IMG/VR virus record: IMGVR_UViG_3300015606_001334
Coordinates: 32,001 to 96,000 of that record
DNA from: a virus
Taxonomy: Duplodnaviria; Caudoviricetes
Direction: 5' to 3' (one strand)
DNA length: 64,000 bases
Shown: in pieces, positions 38,052 through 43,937 of the stretch
How the letters are laid out: every line of letters begins with the position of its first letter
Numbering within the stretch: position 1 is the stretch's first letter
Notes under the pieces: model-generated
What the model was told of the DNA's origin: nothing
Databases searched by the model: none
What the model saw: the letters and a program-made list of their open reading frames with translations, nothing else
Program-made: the position numbers and the translations under genes

Positions 38052-38086
38052 ATATTTTGCCATCTTTCGACAGCAAATTGTAAAAC

Positions 38087-38383
38087 TTAGCCTTCGAGAC
38101 CTAGCTCGTCGACATAAACTTCATCATTTTCTTTGTGGAAGATCTGATGAGTGTTGCGCTGATCATTGAGAATTGTTTCTCCTCTTCCACTCATTTCGAT
38201 CGAAATCACTTCACCAGTAAATTCGATGATTTCAGCAAATTGAGAAGCGTTTTCAACGTACTCGTATGCTTGCTTTGGATCATTGAAAACACGGTAAGTT
38301 GGACCATCGCCATCGTTGTTGATGCCAAGATAACGCTTACCAGCTGATTCGCTGATCTTGATCATTTCTTGTAGAAATTTCAT
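38087..38383 (-). CDS. hypothetical late protein
   Basis: True start MKFLQEMIKISES after TATAAATA; the ORF-track extension runs through tRNA-Arg. Confidence 0.7.
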   Translation of the reverse strand: MKFLQEMIKISESAGKRYLGINNDGDGPTYRVFNDPKQAYEYVENASQFAEIIEFTGEVISIEMSGRGETILNDQRNTHQIFHKENDEVYVDELGLEG

Positions 38384-38415
38384 TTTGGAACCTTTCAGAA
38401 AAAGGTATTTATATT

Positions 38416-38493
38416 TGGCGCCCTCGGAGAGATTCGAACTCCCGACTTCTTGTTTCGAAGACAAGCACTCTAGTCCAACTGAGTTACGAAGGC
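38416..38493 (-). tRNA. tRNA-Arg(TCG)
   Basis: Cloverleaf, CTTCGAA loop, CCA. Confidence 0.92.
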
Positions 38494-39014
38494 ATGTTTA
38501 ATATTTCATCAGTCATATGTCGCGAGATAAATCTTTTGACTTGAGTATGACTAATTCCTAATTCTTTACTACATCGAGTAACCCAACCCCAGCCAGTAGC
38601 AGAGTGCCTTCTTACTGCATCCTTATAGGAGTTTAGTTTCTCTTTTGAATATTGTCTACCAGCAGATGGTTTGCCCTTTCTTCTAGAAGCTATCATCTCC
38701 TTTGCCTTCTCTTCACCGTATTTCATTTTCATACGGTCGTTGAATGACAAGTACGTTCCAGCTTCTTTTTGATCGAGGTGATTATCTGTTGGAGTTCCCC
38801 AATACAAATGATTGGGGTTACTGCACTTTTCATTATTGCATGCATGACACAAATAAATTTTTGATCCTCTAGGGATTGTTGTATCTAAGAAATCAGCTAG
38901 TAATCCCCTGAATTCTTTTGAGTAACCTCCTCGTTCGATACAATTTTCTTCTAGACTGAGATGGGAACGTCTTTCTTCTCTACTTAGATTGATGTACTCA
39001 TTTATGTCTTGCAT
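38484..39014 (-). CDS. HNH-type homing endonuclease
   Basis: LCHACNNEKCSNPNHLYWGTPTDN plus C-terminal HTH-like segment; free-standing inside tRNA array. Confidence 0.8.
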   Translation of the reverse strand: MQDINEYINLSREERRSHLSLEENCIERGGYSKEFRGLLADFLDTTIPRGSKIYLCHACNNEKCSNPNHLYWGTPTDNHLDQKEAGTYLSFNDRMKMKYGEEKAKEMIASRRKGKPSAGRQYSKEKLNSYKDAVRRHSATGWGWVTRCSKELGISHTQVKRFISRHMTDEILNMPS

Positions 39015-39061
39015 TTTGAACCTTTAACTAAGAATGTATTTCCTATTTATAGGTTCAGATT

Positions 39062-39139
39062 TGGCACCGCTAGGGGGACTTGAACCCCACCCCTCGAGAG
39101 TGACAGTCTCGCATGCTCAACCATTAACACTATAGCGGT
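39062..39139 (-). tRNA. tRNA-Asp(GTC)
   Basis: Cloverleaf, CTGTCAC loop, G73-CCA. Confidence 0.92.
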
Positions 39140-39229
39140 GTAGAGGAACGTTTTAGGCCTTTCAAACGTTCAGAGAATATTTAGCCGGACCTGACTTGCA
39201 GGTAAACCTTCCCTTGACTGATTTCAGGC

Positions 39230-39550
39230 TCAGTGAACCTTAATTTTCGGCAAGGCCGCAATAAGCGCCTTTTTCAAATTCTTGTATTTCGGCTTATCAG
39301 ACATGAGTTGAATCACTTCGTCAAGATCAACACCGTGTTCTGATAGATGTTTTCTGAAATTGCTACGACGATTGTACTCACTAGCCTGTTTTACACAAGC
39401 ATAGCATTGAGTGCGGTTCTTAAGACGAACTGCGCCACAAGTAATGCATAGATCCTGTGCTTTCCGGAAAGCACGAAGTTTACGATTGCTTACTGCTTGC
39501 GGAGTATCGGAGTTTTTGCCTTCTGAACGAAGATCTTGAGTTTCAGCCAT
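39230..39550 (-). CDS. zinc-ribbon hypothetical protein
   Basis: CxxC...CxxC; early promoter at 39579-39608. Confidence 0.65.
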   Translation of the reverse strand: MAETQDLRSEGKNSDTPQAVSNRKLRAFRKAQDLCITCGAVRLKNRTQCYACVKQASEYNRRSNFRKHLSEHGVDLDEVIQLMSDKPKYKNLKKALIAALPKIKVH

Positions 39551-39613
39551 TTTGTTCTTCTCGCTTTGAAAAAGTTAAATTATAACTTCAAAACGAGAAG
39601 ATGTAAACTGTTT

Positions 39614-40015
39614 TTATATCTTGAAATACTGGAATTCTACATAAGACTCAATTTCAGGAGGTTCCTTCAACATGATTTGAGTCTCAGTGATTTCAACATA
39701 AGCTTGTCTTGGTAGTTTTCGTCCATTGACAAAAACGAGGACTGAGTCAGTATGCATCACGTATGGAACATCAAGAGTAAACATCTGTTTGTCTTTGACA
39801 TCAATGTAAAATTCTTGACAGATCATTTTCCAAGCTGGCAGATCACCTAATGCTTTGTTCCAAATACCGTTTGCTTGAATGTAAAGTCCCTTCTTAACAG
39901 GATCCTTGCAATAAATGATTTGACCTTCTTCGAAGATGCCGTACTCAGGAACTTCATCATAGACTGGAATCTTAACCAGGTTTCTGATGACCTCTTCATT
40001 CGCATAAACTCTCAT
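39614..40015 (-). CDS. hypothetical late/structural protein
   Basis: VLVFVNGRKL motif; ATAAATA upstream. Confidence 0.65.
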   Translation of the reverse strand: MRVYANEEVIRNLVKIPVYDEVPEYGIFEEGQIIYCKDPVKKGLYIQANGIWNKALGDLPAWKMICQEFYIDVKDKQMFTLDVPYVMHTDSVLVFVNGRKLPRQAYVEITETQIMLKEPPEIESYVEFQYFKI

Positions 40016-40055
40016 TTGTTTCTTCCTTATAGTTATGGATGAGATATTTATTGAT

Positions 40056-40129
40056 TGGCAGAGCGTGAGGGAATCGAACCCCCATCTGCGGACTTGGAAA
40101 CCGTTATGTTACCACTACACCAACGCTCT
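40056..40129 (-). tRNA. tRNA-Trp(CCA) with destabilised anticodon stem
   Basis: AGAGCGT TG GTGT AGTGGTA ACAT A ACGGT TTCCAAG TCCGC AGAT GGGGG TTCGATT CCCTC ACGCTCT G CCA. Confidence 0.88.
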
Positions 40130-40135
40130 ATATTT

Positions 40136-40210
40136 TGGTACTCCATACGGGATTTGAACCCGTCCGCCTACCTTGAAAGGGTAGTGACCTAACCGCTAGT
40201 CTAATGGAGT
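40136..40210 (-). tRNA. tRNA-Glu(TTC)
   Basis: Cloverleaf, CTTTCAA loop, CCA. Confidence 0.92.
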
Positions 40211-40213
40211 ATA

Positions 40214-40285
40214 TGGCCCGCGGAAGAGGAGTCGAACCTCCAAGGCCAAGATTCGTAGTCTTAGCTCCATCCATTTGGCCCGCGG
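40214..40285 (-). tRNA. tRNA-Arg(ACG), reduced D-arm
   Basis: CTACGAA loop, canonical T-arm, CCA; short D region without U8. Confidence 0.75.
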
Positions 40286-40293
40286 ATTTTTGT

Positions 40294-40371
40294 TGGGGCG
40301 ATCGACGGGACTTGAACCCGCAAGTACCTGATTCACAGTCAGGTGTGTCTACCAATTCCACCACGATCGCC
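40294..40371 (-). tRNA. tRNA-His(GTG)
   Basis: G-1:C73 pair, CTGTGAA loop, CCA. Confidence 0.95.
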
Positions 40372-40388
40372 ATAGTGAAAAATAAATC

Positions 40389-40475
40389 TGGCTAGGGAGG
40401 AAGGAGTCGAACCTTCACAAAGGCTTGCGCCGACAGAGTCAAAGTCTGTTGCTCTACCAGTTAAGCTACTCCCCA
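40389..40475 (-). tRNA. tRNA-Gln(TTG) with long variable arm
   Basis: CTTTGAC loop; variable hairpin GGC-GCAA-GCC; CCA. Confidence 0.88.
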
Positions 40476-40481
40476 ATTATT

Positions 40482-40585
40482 TGGCGGCGGATCAATTAAC
40501 CCAAACCTAGTCTAACCAACCGGCCGATTGGACTCGTCTATTGTGAGGGAAATTAGAAGAAGCTAGCATTCTAACTTAACCCGCC
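40482..40585 (-). ncRNA. CCA-terminated non-tRNA stable RNA candidate
   Basis: GGCGGGTTAA / TTGATCCGCC terminal stem + GCCA; starts directly after tRNA-Phe CCA. Confidence 0.55.
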
Positions 40586-40660
40586 TGGTGCCAGCGATTG
40601 GTAACGATCCAACCTCTCAAGATTTTCAGTCTCGCGCTAATCCATCTCAGCTACACTGGC
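40586..40660 (-). tRNA. tRNA-Phe(GAA), T-loop ATCGTTA
   Basis: CTGAAAA loop, CCA. Confidence 0.88.
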
Positions 40661-40669
40661 ATTAAAATT

Positions 40670-40745
40670 TGGTGCACCCAGTCGGAATCGAACCGACGCT
40701 ACCATGCTCTTCAGGCATGTGCTCTACCAACTGAGCTACAGGTGC
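40670..40745 (-). tRNA. tRNA-Phe(GAA), G37
   Basis: CTGAAGA loop, canonical arms, CCA. Confidence 0.92.
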
Positions 40746-40750
40746 ATATT

Positions 40751-40826
40751 TGGCACTGCGTACGGGTTTCGATCCCGTTGCCTCTACCGTGACAGGGTAG
40801 CGCTCTCCCAATTGAGCTAACGCAGT
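40751..40826 (-). tRNA. tRNA-Asp(GTC)
   Basis: CTGTCAC loop, T-loop ATCGAAA, G73-CCA. Confidence 0.92.
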
Positions 40827-40833
40827 ATTGATT

Positions 40834-40917
40834 TGGTACAGCGTGGGGGAATCGAACCCCAGCCCGAAGGCGGTACCTTGAAAGGGTACTGACCGTTACC
40901 AGCAGTCGACACGCTGT
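40834..40917 (-). tRNA. tRNA with TTC (Glu) anticodon, 8/4 fold and variable hairpin
   Basis: ACAGCGTG/CACGCTGT 8-bp acceptor, 4-bp T-stem, GCC-TTCG-GGC V-arm. Confidence 0.8.
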
Positions 40918-40934
40918 ATTAAAGATTGCTTAGG

Positions 40935-41009
40935 TCGGAGTGAGAGGATTTGAACCTCCGTCCTCCTCCTTCCAAGGGAGGCCGTCTACCAGGCTGACAT
41001 TACACTCCG
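40935..41009 (-). tRNA. tRNA-Pro(TGG), no encoded CCA, A37
   Basis: CTTGGAA loop; ends CCG-A-CCT; flanked by 12-bp inverted repeat. Confidence 0.88.
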
Positions 41010-41030
41010 CCTAAGCAATCTCTTTACTTC

Positions 41031-41438
41031 TTAAACTTCTTTGATTCTTCGAGCTAAGCTTCGATAACCATATCCAGCAGGGTGGATCTTGTCCTGGCTT
41101 AATTCTTGAACCTTTATCTCAATAGTCTTATCACCGTTTTTACTGGCGAGTTCCTCAACTATCTTTCTCTGTACAGGCTTGATACTCTTGCTTGGTAAAA
41201 TCCAAACAACCTGACCTGTAATGGAGCTTCTCAGCTTTTCTAGTGCTTCAAGAGTTTTGATCTGTTTGGTATCGTTTGTCCCAAGGCTGATAATCGTCAT
41301 TGGCAACTTCATGTTGAAGTCATGACGTTTAACGAAATCCTCAGAATTTATACCAGACTTTGCGTTTGCTTTGCATTCATGCATTACATTCGAAAGACCA
41401 TAAGCAATTGAGTCACCAATAATTAAACATTCAAGCAT
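41031..41438 (-). CDS. SGNH/GDSL hydrolase
   Basis: IIGDSIA, SG, LGTND, DKIHP blocks. Confidence 0.8.
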   Translation of the reverse strand: MLECLIIGDSIAYGLSNVMHECKANAKSGINSEDFVKRHDFNMKLPMTIISLGTNDTKQIKTLEALEKLRSSITGQVVWILPSKSIKPVQRKIVEELASKNGDKTIEIKVQELSQDKIHPAGYGYRSLARRIKEV

Positions 41439-41461
41439 ATTTTCCTTTTCAGTTTAAGTAA

Positions 41462-41536
41462 TGGTGGTGATGGCGGGAGTCGAACCCACTTGGTACTCCT
41501 TATGAGGGAGGCGCATAACCGTTCTGCCACATCACC
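41462..41536 (-). tRNA. tRNA(CAT): elongator Met or Ile2
   Basis: CTCATAA loop, G1-C72, CCA. Confidence 0.88.
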
Positions 41537-41551
41537 AAAAGCTATCCAATT

Positions 41552-41563
41552 TGTTAAAGAGCG
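41552..41563 (-). promoter_or_regulatory. boxA antitermination element
   Basis: CGCTCTTTAACA vs rrn boxA TGCTCTTTAACA, 15 nt before first tRNA. Confidence 0.75.
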
Positions 41564-41586
41564 TACTACTAAAAATCTGTGTTACT

Positions 41587-41624
41587 AAAACAATTAAGGG
41601 AAACCAATTTCTTGATTTCCCTTA
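41587..41624 (-). terminator. attenuator terminator hairpin
   Basis: UAAGGGAAAUCAA-GAAA-UUGGUUUCCCUUA followed by AUUGUUUU. Confidence 0.8.
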
Positions 41625-41684
41625 GTATTTTTACTTCTTAGAGATTTGTTACTTAAGCGTAACCATCTCCTTCAATACTAAGGG
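41619..41684 (-). promoter_or_regulatory. antiterminator hairpin overlapping terminator 5' arm
   Basis: CCCUUAGUAUU (41684-41674) pairs with AAUACUAAGGG (41629-41619); inner GAGAU/AUCUC and GUUAC/GUAAC helices with leader stop in the loop. Confidence 0.75.
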
Positions 41685-41796
41685 CCTTACAAGGTTCATC
41701 ATCATGCATAAACTCTGGGCGGCGATCGCACTGCTCAGTGCGCTGCCACTGGCAGAAATCCTGATCAAATTGTTGTGCGAAAGTTGCGAAGTTCAT
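41653..41796 (-). CDS. tRNA-array leader (attenuator) peptide, 47 aa
   Basis: MNFATFAQQFDQDFCQWQRTEQCDRRPEFMHDDEPCKALSIEGDGYA*; AAGGA SD 12 nt upstream. Confidence 0.8.
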   Translation of the reverse strand: MNFATFAQQFDQDFCQWQRTEQCDRRPEFMHDDEPCKALSIEGDGYA

Positions 41797-41896
41797 GATG
41801 TTGCTAAGTCCTTGTAAAAAGTTAATGTTGCATATTACTATATATTAGATTCGGCAGAATTTTTGTTTTTCTGCTGTTATCCAACCGTTAGATGAA

Positions 41897-42523
41897 TTAT
41901 ATCATTTCTACCGGATTTGTAAACAGTTTTGTTGAAAAAAGTTGAAGCATCAGAGAGTTGAACCTGATCCAAAACACCGACTCCACTGGGTAGGCCGTAT
42001 GTTTGAAGTACCGTACTGCTTCAACATGTAGAGAATTATAAATCGTTTTTCTGAAGTTGTAAACTGTTTTCAATAATTTTTTAATGATGTTGTTGATACC
42101 ACCAAATGAAATCATCGATTTGCGCCCTGAAGATTTCCAAACATCCACCCAACCTGGAGGATATGGAAGCACAAATTCTCCTGCAGTGTATGCAGTCGTC
42201 ATCATTTCTAGAACTATGCTGGCTGCGTCAATTTTGGCAACGCTATGTTTGGTGTACAAATCCGACAGTTTATGTTCAAGTTTGAATTCTTTGCGCAACA
42301 GATTGGCAATAATTGTAGCACCAGCCCTGGCAAACATGTCATCGTCTGTCATTCCAAGATGGTAACCACGATGGGATGCCCAAGCCCTTCTAACTGAGCG
42401 AGTTCGCTCTAACAAACTCTGTGTTTCATCAGTCTTTTTATTGATGCGCTTTAAGGCTTTGTATTCTTTCGTGTTCTTGAACGCTGTCGAGATCAGAAGT
42501 TCTTGTGTGGTCAAAGTGCTCAT
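41897..42523 (-). CDS. hypothetical protein
   Basis: ORF track, start reassigned to MSTLTT. Confidence 0.6.
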   Translation of the reverse strand: MSTLTTQELLISTAFKNTKEYKALKRINKKTDETQSLLERTRSVRRAWASHRGYHLGMTDDDMFARAGATIIANLLRKEFKLEHKLSDLYTKHSVAKIDAASIVLEMMTTAYTAGEFVLPYPPGWVDVWKSSGRKSMISFGGINNIIKKLLKTVYNFRKTIYNSLHVEAVRYFKHTAYPVESVFWIRFNSLMLQLFSTKLFTNPVEMI

Positions 42524-42638
42524 TACGCATATCCACCGTGGTTGACTTTGTGCGCAATTTCGGCTTTGCAATATTCGATTGCCGATTGAGCATCACCTTC
42601 AGCGCCCTTCTTGCAAAGGTCCCAATAGTTGCGCATTT

Positions 42639-43196
42639 TTACACCTTCTTGTAGAGACGTGTAATTGCGAGATGGAAACCTTCGCGGACGTATTCGATGT
42701 CGGTGTTCAGGTCTTCAGCCGTCTGAGGTACCCGAATAATTTCGAAACCGTACGTTTGTTGGATGAGATTACCAGGGATTTGAGCCAGAACTTCAGCAAC
42801 TGACGGCTTGAAGAAACCGTAATAGCCATAGCCATGGTAAGTACGAATGTCGCAAAGTGTTTCGAGCTGAGGAAGCTCTTCTTCCTTGAACTTCGGATCC
42901 CACGTGTAAGCAGTGCTGACCAAATCAGCGATATCGACGATCTTTCCTTTGATGATCGGCTTGATGCGAGAAGCGCGAAGCTCGATTTCTTCGAGTGGCA
43001 TGAGCGGAATCAGCTCAACAAAGTCTGCAACGGTGCAGAGCTCGTCAGAAAAAGCCCACTCTTTCCACAACACATCGTTCTTGATAGACCACGCAGTACC
43101 AAAATCGGTTTTCTTGAAGCGCTCTCCACCTTCGTAGAAGTGAGCGCCAATTTCGAGTTCAGAAAACGGTTTCTTGATTTGGGTAGGGTAGGCCAT
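42639..43196 (-). CDS. hypothetical protein
   Basis: 'TYHGYGYYGFFKPSVAEVLAQIP' motif; early promoter at 43224-43252. Confidence 0.7.
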   Translation of the reverse strand: MAYPTQIKKPFSELEIGAHFYEGGERFKKTDFGTAWSIKNDVLWKEWAFSDELCTVADFVELIPLMPLEEIELRASRIKPIIKGKIVDIADLVSTAYTWDPKFKEEELPQLETLCDIRTYHGYGYYGFFKPSVAEVLAQIPGNLIQQTYGFEIIRVPQTAEDLNTDIEYVREGFHLAITRLYKKV

Positions 43197-43256
43197 CGAG
43201 AATCTCCATCAAAATGTATGACAATTATATCAACATGACTGGAGAAGTAAACGATC

Positions 43257-43925
43257 TTATCCTTCTTTTGATAGCTCTAGCAGATACTTGGAGTGATACT
43301 CATTGAAGAAGTTCATGAACTCATGGTAAGAGTCAAGAGCTTTCTTTGGTGCTTCAAACTTCTGTAGCTTCTCTAGCGAAATGTGAGGCATGTTTGGCCA
43401 GTGATTGCCACGAGATTGCATAAATGCATGAGCCTCAATCTTCTGAGCAATCTTGTCAGCGTGCTTGATGATCTTCTCTTGAGTTTCAGTCGGTTCTGGT
43501 AGGCTGAATGCTTGATAGATCGCAGACATTAGGTTATGCTCAACCTTCTTTACGATTACTCGAAGTTCTGGGATCTGCTTAACTGGAGAAGGAATGTCAC
43601 CAGTGTAGATTTCTGAAGCATCATGCAAAGCTGCCATAATAATGGTTTGATATGGCTCTGCTCCTGAAATATGGAGATCACCAATTTCCTTTTGCATGAA
43701 CTTCAGCTCAGGATAATTGATCAAGTCGACATCGTTGAAGATGTTTCGTACTTCTCTAGCTACAAACAACGAGTGTTGAGCTACGTTGTATGGGACTTCT
43801 GTGATAGTATGACCGCAGAATCTTGGCATACGAGACAAACCCCAACCGATATCGTCAATACAGATTTGATCGGGAGAGGGCTCAATAACATTTACAACCT
43901 TACCGGTTACAGTCTCAAGATACAT
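43257..43925 (-). CDS. HD-domain 5'-deoxynucleotidase-like (YfbR/YfdR type)
   Basis: RFCGH..YNVAQHS, ALHDASEIYTGDIPSPVK, KHAD. Confidence 0.85.
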   Translation of the reverse strand: MYLETVTGKVVNVIEPSPDQICIDDIGWGLSRMPRFCGHTITEVPYNVAQHSLFVAREVRNIFNDVDLINYPELKFMQKEIGDLHISGAEPYQTIIMAALHDASEIYTGDIPSPVKQIPELRVIVKKVEHNLMSAIYQAFSLPEPTETQEKIIKHADKIAQKIEAHAFMQSRGNHWPNMPHISLEKLQKFEAPKKALDSYHEFMNFFNEYHSKYLLELSKEG

Positions 43926-43937
43926 TGTCTTTCCTTT

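Noticed and set aside
39140-39230. Hairpins upstream of tRNA-Asp as a separate ncRNA
   Set aside because: Two short hairpins (ACCTG/CAGGT; GAACGTTT/AAACGTTC) but no further support; could be simple processing or leader structures.
40128-40792. Short ORFs at 40128-40373, 40204-40395, 40598-40792, 37611-37823 and 37869-38090
   Set aside because: They run through tRNA genes and are spurious.
41462-41800. Possible tmRNA (expected because of smpB)
   Set aside because: The 3' end belongs to a complete 75-nt tRNA(CAT); no GGGG..GAUUCGAC 5' end, G3.U70 pair or tag ending in AA was seen.
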